Source of the DNA: Octopus sinensis
Taxonomy: Eukaryota
Direction of reading: 5' to 3'
NCBI RefSeq assembly: GCF_006345805.1
Contig: NC_043010.1
Span: 32,488,001-32,552,000, forward strand
DNA length: 64,000 nt
The translations under genes were made by a program, and so were the position numbers. Numbering within the stretch: position 1 is the stretch's first letter; the number at the start of each line of letters is the position of its first letter. Below the pieces are notes generated by a model. That model was not told where the DNA came from and did no database searches. It worked only from the letters and a program-made list of their open reading frames with translations. Of the stretch, positions 25,600 through 37,910 are shown one piece after another.

Positions 25600-25989
25600 T
25601 ACCACCCCCATTAGTAAGATTACACAAAGAAAGTTAGCTCCTTTGCAGGAGACACCAGTATATTGAATGTATACTTTTGGGTGACATATATAAGATGTGA
25701 ATAATAATTTATGATTTTGAAATCCAGAAAGATTCTTTGCAAGTGTCACATGACATTTTGGAGAAAAGCGGCCTGAGAAATAGTGCTGTAACTGTGTGCA
25801 TTGATTAAGAACTGACAAGTGGAAATGGCTCTCTAGTAGACTATACAGTCAACAGCCAAGATCTTTCTTATTCATACCTCATTTACTATCATACAATGAA
25901 TGTACAGTTACCCTTGATTTATTTTCACATCCATTTTTTGCTCTTCTGTTTATAAATTTATCTTCTCTAGAAAGTTATATACTTTATTT

Positions 25990-26300
25990 GCAGTTTGGTC
26001 AATTAATAATTACCAGAGATGTATTAAGCATATAACAGTTTTATAATTACTGACTTCTCCACTCTTTTTCTTTATCCTTCCATATTAGCATTGTCTTGCC
26101 CTTTGTCATCCATATTGGTGTTGTGTTTTTGATGCAGTCAGTCACAAACTGCTGTATGTAGCTGTACATGCTTGAAAGATTTTTAAGCCAAAATCCTTGA
26201 ATGCCATATTGTCCCAGGGTTTTCCAATTTGATATTATTTCAAGCATCTTTTTCATTTTCACATCTGTAATATTTATATTTTCTGGCATTGATTACGTTC
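25990..26300 (-). mobile_element. R4/Dong-type RT N-terminal fragment
   Basis: NWKTLGQYGIQGFWLKNL...PIWMTKGKTMLIWKD. Confidence 0.65.
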
Positions 26301-27060
26301 AGTTGGTGCTTTTTACGTGCCATTGTCACGGGAGCTAGTTGGGGGTACTGGCATCGGCCATGATCAGTTGGTACTTTTTACATGCCACCGGCATGAGAAC
26401 CAGTCTAGGGGCACTGGCCACAGCTACGATATTGGTTTTACTTGACTCAACAGGTCTTCTCAAGAATATAATATCGCCTAACACATCAGAGATATTCTTA
26501 ACAGGGCTGGACATGTGTGGCTGCAATCTCAGTCACAGCATATCTCCAAAGGTCCTCGTCTCCCATCATTACCTCTGTGAGGCCCAATGTTCAAAGGTCA
26601 TACTTCACTACCTCGTCCTATGTCTTCCACAGGTTCCTTCTACAGTTAGGAAGTGGCACTTCCTCACACAGCTGTCCTCATTAATATGTAACACATGACC
26701 ATACAAGCACAGACACCTCTCTTGCACACCACATTTGATGCTTCTTATGCCCAAATTTTCTCTCAGGGCACTTACATTCTGTTGTGTATTCACACTGACA
26801 TTACACATCCAGCAGATCATACTAGCTTCATTTCTTTCAAGCCTACACATGTCCTTAGCATTCATGGCCCATGTTTCACTAGCAGTTCACACACATGCAT
26901 CATACAGTCTACCTTTCACCCTGAGTGAGAGGCTCTTAGTTGCCAGCAGAGGTAAGAGCTTCCTGAACTTTACCCAGGCTATTCTTACTCTAGTCGCCTA
27001 GGTAGTGAAAACAATTAACTACTTCTAGTTTCTCCCCCTGGCATGTGATCGAATCTATTT
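26300..27060 (-). mobile_element. RTE LINE 3' fragment
   Basis: ORF 26608-26865, followed by 3' UTR subrepeats. Confidence 0.75.
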
Positions 27061-27099
27061 TCTGTACATCTTCAGTGTTTATTGCCCCAGTGCATCTGC

Positions 27100-27850
27100 C
27101 ACACACAAAAACTATTTTGAGAGTCTAAACTCCATCTTGATATTTTTAAAGAAAATCCACACAGACTGGACTAGGCTGTCTAGTTCTGGTTCACTTTTTG
27201 TGAGCAGCTTCAAATCATCCATAAATAGCAGGTGGTTCAGTTTTCTCTTACCACTTCCCTGATCATACCCTAACTTTGTCTTCTGCAGTATTTTACTCAA
27301 AGAGATCACTCCATGCACAAGGATTAGTGAGGGTACACTGTCACCAGGGAAAATTCCTCTCTTGATTTTCACCTCTCCTAATACCTGATTCCCTGTTATC
27401 AATTCAGTTCTGCAATATCTCATACTGTTCCATATAAGGCTTCTTATGTTTTCTGCTACTCCTTACATTTACATGATTCTTCTTATCCAAGAGTATGGTA
27501 TCATATATGCTTTATGATAATCAATCATTGCTATGCTCAGGTTTGTGTCTTTTTTTGCAGTTTCTAATAATTAGCTTATCAATTAACAGCTGGTCTTTTA
27601 TTTCCCAGCTCCTCTTTCAGCAACCTTTCTGTTCATTAGGCAACAACCCACTTTTTCTAAACATCTATACAGTTCACTTGCCAAAGCACCTGACAATAGT
27701 TTCCACATTAGCAGAAGACAAGTTATTGGCCAAAAGTTGGATACAATATTATCCTTTTCAGGATCCTTGGCACATAGCAATGTCTTTCCTTTGTCAGCCA
27801 GCTTGGGATTGTGCCTTCCTGCAAGCATTCATCTAGCTGTTGTGCTTCTC
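27100..27850 (-). mobile_element. R4/Dong-type RT fragment
   Basis: NFWPITCLLLMWKLL, KRGIFPGDS and NHLLFMDDLKL. Confidence 0.8.
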
Positions 27851-30140
27851 CAATCATTTACTTTACTTGGTCTAAAGATTTTATTTCAGTATCTTAAGCA
27901 GTGAAATACAGTCAAGTATTTTGATTCTGCATCATTAAAATGTTATTCTGCTTGTTCCTGCATTCCTGCCTGTTTCATCCATGTATTACGCTTATGTCAA
28001 GTGGGGTTATAACTCAAATGCAGAAATATATGTAGATAAAAAGGAAGGGAAGAAAGAGAGACAAAGAAAGAAACAAAACAGGAGTAGTTGAATCAGTAAA
28101 GAGGGAAAACATGAAAAAGAAGGAAAGAGAGAGGGGATATATATTATTAGAGAGAGTGGAGTAAGAGAGAAGGTCTATATTCTGCATTTGTTTTGTATTT
28201 CTGTTTCTATGTATATATCATATACAATTCGTATAGTCCTGTATGTAATGAAGAATGTTTGTATTTAATTCAGTGTTACTCATGCTTTTGTATTTTTATG
28301 TACATATCATGTTCATATGAAATATAGTTTTTATTTATTTATTTATTTACTTTGTTAATATGTAATAAAGATTGTATATAATAAACATTTAATCAATATA
28401 TACGAATAGCTTTTATCTTTTTAATTCATCTTTTATTTCCTTAAACTATAAAGCACATATCTGTCAAATATATTACAATGAGGTAAATGAGCAATACCTT
28501 TGAAATTCATTTCAATTATATTTAAAAGCACTGTTTTATTAAATAGTAGGATATCAAAAGAATCTTTTGAAACTCCTTGCCTGTGCTTAATATACTAACA
28601 GAGTGTTTTCAAATGTGCTGACTTATACTGTGAAATTTCCATGGCTCCCACACCAGGAAAATTGCTTAACAACATTTCAACCATCTTTACGTCTTGAGTT
28701 CAAATTCCACTGAGGTTGACTTTGCCTTTCATTCCTTTTGGGGTCAATAAAATAAGTGCCAGTGGAGAACTGGTTCATTGACCCTAAACTGGCTGGTTTG
28801 TGCCAAAATTTGAAACCATTATTATTATACTTGCTGCCATATAGAGACCTTTAACATTCTTGTTAATATTCCAGTTATTTCCAATAAATGTTTAGCAAAA
28901 ATAGGAATCAAAATTAGAACAATGCCTTTCCAAAATTTTTTTATTGGTAATAATTAGAATATTAAGGAAAGTGTTAAAGTTCAATATATAAAATCTGTTA
29001 CAGATCCTACATAGAGATTCTATCACTTTTGAAATTACAGTTTTCTCCCTATTTTAATTAACTATTTGCTTGTCTAGTCTGATATTATACCTAGAAACCT
29101 TATCACTATTCAAATATTTTATCTATCTCACCATTTTAGTTAATTATTTGTCTTATCTACCAAATACATTATGTAGAGATCCTATCACTATCTTCTTTAG
29201 TGGCCACATATTCCCATTGCCTTGCATAAAATTCAGATACTTCGCAACTATTTTTTCTATTTTATTTCTTTGTCAACATTCTAATGGTATTGCAATCTCC
29301 ATTATTTCAGATTTTCATGAATTTTGTAAACTATGTTTTTTTAAACATTAAGTTTCCCTCTACCTATCATATTGGTTACATTAGATTAATTTTATTACTA
29401 CATAGCACCCTCCTCATCATCATCATCATTATCACCATCTCCACCACAAGCACTATCACTTCACTTTCAATACATTTCTAATGTTTTTAGATAAACATAA
29501 ATTGGTTGAGAGATAAATAAATATTTCAAGCCATTTAACTAATTAAAATTTGGTTGAAACTTAATTAAACACAAGTGAGCTTTAATTAAATTGACATCCA
29601 TTTTACTTATATAATCAAAACAAAACAACAAAAATGGATAAAGCAACATACGAAAATGTTTAAATTTTGTATAGTTTTCTTTTAATTTTCCATCTTGATG
29701 TACTTAGCTTTTCTCCATTTTCCTTTCCCTTTATAGATTTCTGTAAAAATATTTTACCAAGCAAATATTTTAAACAGTTCATTATGAAATTAATATAACA
29801 AGCAAATACATAAAACAATACATAAAAATAAAGAGAAAAAGAAAAGAAACTGAGAGAAAACCCAGACAATTTTGTTATATGTGATTTTTTTCAGAGATTT
29901 CCTTAGTTTCTGAAAATGTTACCAAACATTTTACATGCATATTCAATATCCTATAAATTTTATATATATTTTATATAATTTCATACGTTGGCTAATTTTG
30001 TTGTGTTTTTAGAATTTAGATTTACTTTTTATTATATTTCTAGATGTAGATAAATTGTCAGAAATTATAAATTTTCAGGCTATTAACTTCACCTCTTATA
30101 AATATATATATATATACATGCATGCATGCACACATGCATG

Positions 30141-30205
<65 letters not shown>

Positions 30206-32189
30206 CACGATTTATTCATGACCAGAAGTGTTCAAAAACTGAGGTACTACTGTATATATATATATTTACATATTCATTATTTTGTTTATATATTTATATA
30301 TATGTGTGTGTATATCTATATATATATACACATAATATTTAATAAAGTATTATTACCATTATTAAAATATCAATAATAATAATAATAAAGTGGCCAGCAA
30401 GTTTAACCATAGTAGGTAAAATACGCAAATAAGACAGAGTACTGAAATACTACTTACTAGAAAGAAGAAAGGTGAAATCGTATGATACTAATATATCTGT
30501 AGAAATATGACATGGTAAAAATTCCTAATGTATTTAAACTAAAGCTGGTTAATCCAACCAAAAAAAAGAGGATATAGAATAGGTGAATAAAATTAACATA
30601 TTCTAAGCTATCCAACGACATCTAATATAGGTCATGTACTTTAACTTATTGATCACTAAAGTCACAGAATGGGAAAGATATCAAGGAGGAAGACAGGATA
30701 TTTAGATAAGTTTTTAAGGAAAAATTAGTAACCTTATTCAGTCACTCTTTCCATGATTTAAATTTGAAATATATTTCCTCTCAGATAATACTGTCCTTTA
30801 TATTTATATATATATATATATATTGGCACTTTGGGTATGTGTCTTCCGCTATAGCCCCGAGCCGACCAAAGCTTTGTGATTGAATTCGGCAGGTGGAAGT
30901 TACTGCCGTGTGTGTATATGTGCATGTAGGTGCTTGTGCCTCTCCGAAAGAGAGAGAGGGATATATATATATATATATATATAAATGGCGGTGCCCCAGC
31001 ATGGCCACAGCTCATTAGCTGAAACTGGAAAAATCAAAATCAAAATATGTATATATAAGAATGTATAAAAACAATGCAAGGAGATAGATTGAATAGGCTT
31101 TATTACATATCACATGTTGTTACAATGCTTCATTATCAGCTGTTAATTGCTGAATGTTACATATATGTAATGTTGTATCAATATTGATTCAACAACAACT
31201 GTAGACATGTGCATCCTTGGGTGACGGGAGTCAAAGAATTACTATATTTTAGTTTCTCCACATTCTACACCCATACTGAAATAGAGTTTTCAGTATTCTC
31301 TGTCAAAGCAGAACAAGGAAATACAAAGAGATACAAATGAAAAAAAACGACAAAAATAATATTTGGTACCCAATACACAGAGTATTTATGCTTTGGCAAG
31401 CATACTATAAAGTTATTATGCTCCCCCCGCCCAAGAAAAACATTTGAAGTGTTAAAGGAAAGAAGTTCAAAGATATCTTTGAACTCCTGGTCTGTGGGTT
31501 TCTTCTTTGTTTTTGAATCACACACACACACACATATATATTTATATATATTAATAAAAGGAATTCCAACCTTGTCTGATTTTCACGTTTTATTTACAAT
31601 CTTATAATGATATAATATAAGATAATATAATATAATAAAATAAAATAAAATAATAGAATCTTAAATGTTCATTCTGATTGAACTAGTACTTTCATGCATT
31701 AAATTCTGCAATCTTCAGGTTCATGTAGTAGTAGTGACAGTCATGCTTCACAATTTTTTACTGTAGCAAGATGATTAAATCTGTGCCTTAAATACAGCTG
31801 TGTAGACTCCAGATTGCTAGGTTTTGCAAACTGTATGCTGACCAATCAGTGTGTAGTATCACTCAATTACTTTAGGTGTCAATTGGTTTAGGTGTCACGC
31901 TTTGTTGAACATGTCAAGTGTCCTGTACCTTAACCCTGGCAGCAATTGTTGGGCTATTTTTAGAAATGTTGTAAATAGCCTTTGTCAGGGATTTTTATAT
32001 TTCAATTGTCATCATCATCATTGTCAGCACCTTAATTATTGTTGCTAGTGGTGATGGTGGTGGCAATAGAACTTTTAATCCTAAATAAGATAATTTTCCT
32101 GCTATCTTCATCTTGATCACCTTTAGTATTGTTGTTGTTGTTAGTGGTCATGGTCGTAGCAGTAGAAGTAGTACCTCTAAGTATTATTA

Positions 32190-33040
32190 TTATTGCTTAT
32201 TTAGCTTGGGTTCGAATTTATCAATAAAATTCTTTCCTCTGATTTTCCTCTCGATTTCACTTGGGCTGTGTAATTTGTAGAATGGAAATATTATATATAT
32301 TTTCCGACCACATGTTGCTAGGTGGTTACTCAAAGGTATCTGACAGACCTCTGGGTCTCTAATCTGTTGTCGGTGTACACGTGAGCGTTCTGATAGTGCA
32401 TTTCCCGTCTGACCTACATATATTTCTTCACAATTTGGGCATTTGATGCAGTAAATTAAATTTCTGCTTTTGCAGTTCATATTCACGTTTGTGAATATTT
32501 TCCCGGTTTTTGTGTTTATATATTGGCCGGTATGTATGAATTGGCATGTGCCACATCGGCTATCATTGCATTTAGATACAGTGAATGTTTGGTCTTTGTT
32601 GCTAAGGTCAAATTTTGCCTTTGTTAGTAATTTTTCAAGTTTTTAGGCTGTCTTTTACTAAGAACCATAGCTCGATCCGTGATTATATCTTTTAATTCAT
32701 TACTTTGAGCAATGATTGGTAGGTTTGCTTTGGCAATGTGGAAGATATTCTGGTGACATGGGTTGTGTGTCACTATGAATGGTATGACTTGTTCTTGTTT
32801 TCCTCTTCCTTGGGTTGTCCTAAGTTGTTGTATGGGTATTTTTATAGCCTGCTGTATGTCATTTTCTATAAGTAGAGATGGGTATTTTTGTTTGAGCAAA
32901 AATTCTCTTAGTTCTGTTAGGTGTTTGTTCCTGATATTTGCATCTTCTACAATGGTACAAATTCTTCTGGCTAGGCAGTATGGGATGTTGCGTTTTGTAT
33001 GTGGTGGATGGCACGACTTAAAATTCAGGTATTGATGTGT
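32190..33040 (-). mobile_element. 5'-truncated Penelope-like element: RT thumb/linker plus GIY-YIG endonuclease
   Basis: DTHQYLNFKSCHPPHTKRNIPYCLARRICTIV, then CKSRNLIYCIKCPNCEEIYVGQTG...R..H...PKLN. Confidence 0.9.
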
Positions 33041-33329
33041 GTCAATATATATATATATATATATATTGATGTGTGTCAATATATATATATACATACATAT
33101 ATCCTACATACAATATATGAATATAATATTGGATCATCCCATAAATAATGCGGATTTTTATACTTCTTTTATTTTTCAATCTAAAATATACTCTCTTTCA
33201 TTTTCTACAATGCTCTTCTATCTATCTGGTAGACTAGCAAGGCCCCCCTTCCAAAATTCACTTGTTCATGACTAAAAATGCACCGCCAGTACTGCTCTGA
33301 CCCCATCTACAGAATTCATATTTTTTCTG

Positions 33330-34293
33330 TCCAAATGATTTTGAAAACTGTGGAATAAATGGTAATCAGATGGGGCAATGTCTGGAGAATATAGTGGCTG
33401 GGCATCATTTCTCATTCAAAGTGCTCCATTCTTTGAAATGTCATCCTCGCTGTATGTGGTCGAGCATTATCCTGATGAATGAGCATCTTTTCTCTTGAAT
33501 CCAAAGACGCTCATTTTTCTTCCAGTGCTGACTTAAGCCACTCAAGTTGCTCACAGTAGATCTCCTCTGTTATTGTTTGGTTTAGATTTAAAAGTTCAAA
33601 GTGGACTAAACCTTTCATATCCCACCAAACAAATAACAACACCTTACATGGGTGAAGGCCTTCTTTAGCATGAGGTGCTGGTGTTTCTCTTTTCCCTACC
33701 CACTGTCTTTGGCACTTAACATTTTTTACAGAGAACCCATTTCTTGTCACCAGTCACTATTCACTCAAATAAAGGTTTGTTCGGAAGACATGACGGCAAA
33801 GAGCACACATTCACACTCTGCATGCAAAAGTTTGTGAGGAACCCGTTGACTCAATGTGCTGACTTTTCCGATGGCACACAGGTGTCGATGAATGGTTAAA
33901 TGACCAAATCCAAGCTTCTCTGCTTGTTCCTCAACAGTTACAAAGGAATTTTATTCTACTGGGGTTTGCAGGATGTCCTCGTTGAGCTCTACAGATCTTC
34001 CAGGACAAGAATCATCTTCTAGGCTGCAGTTTCTGGCTCAGAATTTCTGGAACCATCATTGACACTGGCTTATGCTTATTGTCCAATCCTCATATACTGC
34101 ATTAATATTCCTCACACTTTCTGTTGCGTTGTTGCCTTTATTGAACTCATAAAGCAAAATATGCCAAATATGTTCCTTTGTCACTTTCATTATAACTTTG
34201 AATAACTATTAAAATCAAACTGTACTCTTCAAAGTTTGTACTAAGAATAAGGGCAAGGAAAAATTACTACCTGCTTTTATAGCAAGTTAATGT
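33330..34293 (-). mobile_element. Mariner transposon remnant
   Basis: KVLLFVWWDMKGLVHFELL...IYCEQLEWL and PSDYHLF. TIR-like ttaacttgctataaaag at the right end. Confidence 0.8.
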
Positions 34294-34730
34294 AGGTAGT
34301 GTATCCCATCACCCTCCAACTTCTAGTTCATGCAAATGAAAAAAACTGCATTATTTATGAGATGACCCAACATAATATATATAAATATAATACATCTATA
34401 TACAATATATAAATATATATATATATATATAAAGCCTTGTGAGTGGATTTGGTAGACGGAAACTGAAAGAAGCCCGTCGTATATATGTATATATATATGT
34501 ATGCATGTGTGTGTTTGTGTGTCTGTGTTTGTCCCCTAGCATTGCTTGACAACCGATGCTGGTGTGTTTGTGTCCCCGTTACTTAGCGGTTCGGCAAAGG
34601 AGACTGATGGAATGAGTACTGGGCTTACAAAAGAATGAGTCCCGGGGTCGAGTTGCTCGGTTAAGGGCGTGCTCCAGCATGGCCACAGTCAAATGACTGA
34701 AACAAGTAAAAGAGTAAAAGAGAGTAAAGA

Positions 34731-34762
<32 letters not shown>

Positions 34763-34768
<6 letters not shown>

Positions 34769-34823
34769 ATTAAGGCTGCAAATGTTGCAGCAAATACAAG
34801 TGACCCGTACTCATCAGCCGAAA
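34763..34823 (-). ncRNA. 3'-truncated inverted copy of the 35063-35152 hammerhead
   Basis: Minus strand reads UUUCGG-CUGAUGA-GUAC-GGGUCAC...GCUGCAA-cau-UUGCAGC...AAAGGU, then runs into (TA)n. Confidence 0.7.
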
Positions 34824-35062
34824 AAAACATCATATCTCCAGAATTCAAACCTACTTCATTATTATGGATGGATTTACATTTTCAATTTCTGTGAAACTAA
34901 GAGGTTTTTTAAAATACTTTTTAAAAACCTGTTATATGACTGTGCAACATTAAAGAACTGTGGAAGTCCATTTATTATCTAAATCTGATTTTTATTGAAC
35001 TATCTCGAATGTTTCATGAGTGTAGCCTCGCCCCCTTAGATGTTTTGAGAACTCAGATGTTT

Positions 35063-35152
35063 TTTCAGCTGATGAGTACGGGTCACTTGTGTTTGCTGCA
35101 ATATTTGCAGCCTTAATAAAGGTGGTCTTCGTACGAAACAATTGTACCGAAA
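35063..35152 (+). ncRNA. Type I minimal hammerhead motif with 59-nt extended stem II (same family as 5194-5287)
   Basis: UUUCAG-CUGAUGA(35069)-GUAC..59 nt..GUAC-GAAAC(35135)-AAUU-GUA-CCGAAA. Stem III is the palindrome ACAAUUGU. The downstream ~120 nt is homologous to 5290-5395. Confidence 0.8.
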
Positions 35153-36224
35153 TATTTGATCCATTTTTGTTGCTTTTTTCTTTATAATCACCCCGCATTA
35201 TCTTATGGTTAATACCATATAGATTTCTGGTGCATCTAAGTTAAGTACCGCATTCATGTGAATTCAACAGAACTCACTTGAATCTTAATTGCTTTTACTG
35301 TATATATATATAGCCTCGGTATGAAGATATTTCGTTCGTCCTCTGCCATTACTGTACTGTCCTGTCTTCAATCAAAACTTCCGTCTTTCCAACCCACTTC
35401 CGGTGAACCTATATAAATAATCACCTCGTGTGCTTCTCTTTCATTCACCCTTTCTTGACCACACAGCGATGATCATAGCAAGCAAGCTAAGAATTCTCAT
35501 TTCATTTCTTCCGACTCTTGTACTACACACATACATTTGCCGCTAACCCTTAAATGTTCGAATCTATTCACCAATTCTGCTTGTTCTTAAAATATAACCC
35601 TTTAATTTGTTTAACCCCTCGGTACCAAGTTAATTCGTTCGTTACTCTGTTCATTTCTTCAAACCCCGATTGCTTAAGTCTTTATCACTACTGTCCCCAA
35701 TCAAAATCTTCGCAGCCCACCATTCGCGGTTCGCCCGCCCTCCCACCCCCACCACCCATACCGGAGAACACTCTGTTTACACCATCCTCACCGGATATCC
35801 CCTCTACCACCGCCACCACTACGTGTGTCTGTTCCTCCTACCCCTCCTCCTCAATATACTTTCTCACTATGTATTTACCCCTGCCTCTCTCCCCCTGGAC
35901 AGAAGCAGCTAGCACCGCAGCTCATCAAACGTCCCACTTAACCTGTTATCTTATGTTCCTCCTGTTTTGAAATGTGTCACTGCCTCAACCGGCTATCTCC
36001 TTCCAGCCCCCTCCCCCACTCGTGATATCCTACATTTTACTTCCTACTTTTCATTCTGTCCAGAACCTGCCACCAACCCTACCTGTCATCGTTTCTCTTT
36101 ACCCTAAACCTTCCCCACTGGTGCTCCCCTACATTACATGCACCCCCCCACTCTCTCTCCCTCTCTTCTCTCTGCCGGAACCCTCCCACCTGCTGCAATG
36201 CAACGAAAAAAGGCAATAACCGAT

Positions 36225-36450
36225 CATGGCCGATGCCAGACCCTTCTGGCACCTGTGCAGGTGGCACGTAAAAAGCACCCACTACACTCGCGGAGTGGTT
36301 GGCGTTAGGAAGGGCATCCAGCTGTAGAAACACTGCCAGATCGGACTGGAGCCTGGGGCAGCCCCTGGCTCCCCAGACCCCGGTCAAACCGTCCAACCCG
36401 TGCTAGCGCGGAAAACGGACGTTAAACGATGATGATGATGATGATGATGA
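36225..36450 (+). mobile_element. RTE 3'-UTR-type repeat, CpG-rich (young-looking) copy with (GAT)n tail
   Basis: Ends ggaaaacggacgttaaacgatgatgat. Confidence 0.7.
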
Positions 36451-37059
36451 TGATATATATATACACACATACATATATAGTTATACATAATTACATATAT
36501 ATATGTATGTATATACATATATATAAATGTATGTATATTTTTCAATGTGTATGAATAACAAGGAAAAAGATAAATAATTACCAGGGTAGCAAAAATTCAC
36601 ATGAGTGCCTTAGATATTATTGAGATTATTCCAGCGTGAATAAAAAAGATGTATAACAATGCAATCATCTCATCAGGGAAAAAAAGGAACAAAACACATC
36701 AATAAGCCATTTTAACCGAATGTAATTATCGTGTACATAAATATATGATGTAAGGAGAATGCTAGCAAGTCATTTTTTTTTAAAAAATTAATGGATTTAA
36801 CGTCAAAGGTAAATTAGAGAAAGAGAAGGTGGAGAAAGAAAGAAATTAACAAAAAATTAAGAGTGGAAAAATATAATGTGAAAGATGAATGGGAATAAAG
36901 TTTAAAAGCATGGAAATAAATATATGTAGTGCAAATGAAATGTAAGAAGACAGTTAAAGGTCGAATTTTATAGACTGGTAGAAATTAATTATAGGAACTA
37001 AAAGTATGTTTTTGCCATTGTTTACAATGATAAACACATTCACAAGAGTATTCTTCAAG

Positions 37060-37620
37060 AAAAGGATGAAAATTAGCTCTTCTTTACAGAGCGGCAAAAA
37101 GATTTACCTTCGTCATATGAGAAAGATCTAGATGGAATTTTCCATTCCAATACATATTATTATGTTCCTTTAGAGACCAAATTAATTTACTAAGCCCAGT
37201 AATGTTGCATTTCTTGGTATGTCTAAATGTAGAATAACGGTTAGATATTCTTTTTGACAACTGAGACGAAGAGCTACTCATATAAAAAAAGACATCAGAA
37301 CCACAAGTTATCTTATATTGATAAACAGAGTTTTAGTCTTAGAATTACTGCTAAGGAAAAGAATTTGATTTGAATTTATATCAGAAATATTAATATTGTT
37401 GTTATTATTGTTCAAAGAATGGTTAGCGTTAATAATATCGCTGTTATTATTTTCATTAAGTGGATTTGCATTTAAAATGTGAAGAAATGATTTCTGAAAG
37501 GTTTTTGGTAAATGAAAAAAAAAACCTATCCTAATTCGGTGTGAATTGATAATAGAATGGTATCTGGAATTTTTTGGAAAAATTCTAGATACCATTCCAT
37601 TATCAATTCCTGCATTTGAC
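37060..37620 (-). mobile_element. Decayed Naiad-type Penelope-like fragment (GIY-YIG region)
   Basis: FPKNSRYHSIINSHRI and KRISNRYSTFRHTKKCNITGLSKLIWSLKE. Confidence 0.55.
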
Positions 37621-37659
37621 TTCATTTCTTAATTTATCCATGTTATATATATATTTATG

Positions 37660-37709
<50 letters not shown>

Positions 37710-37875
37710 TACATACATACATACATACATACATACATACATACATACATACATACATACATACAACATACATAGTTAATCCAAACATGAAAACACAAAG
37801 AGAAAACACAACAACGCGAGGACGTGGAACAAGTATAGTATTATTGGACGCTCAGGAAAGAAGGAAACAAGGAGG

Positions 37876-37910
37876 GTTTAACGTTTCGAGCGGAGCTCTT
37901 TGTCAGAAAC
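37876..37910 (-). ncRNA. Minimal hammerhead motif with a G8-to-A core mutation
   Basis: Minus strand reads GUUU-CUGACAA-A-GAGC-UCC-GCUC-GAAAC-GUU-AAAC. Stems I and II pair perfectly. Confidence 0.55.
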
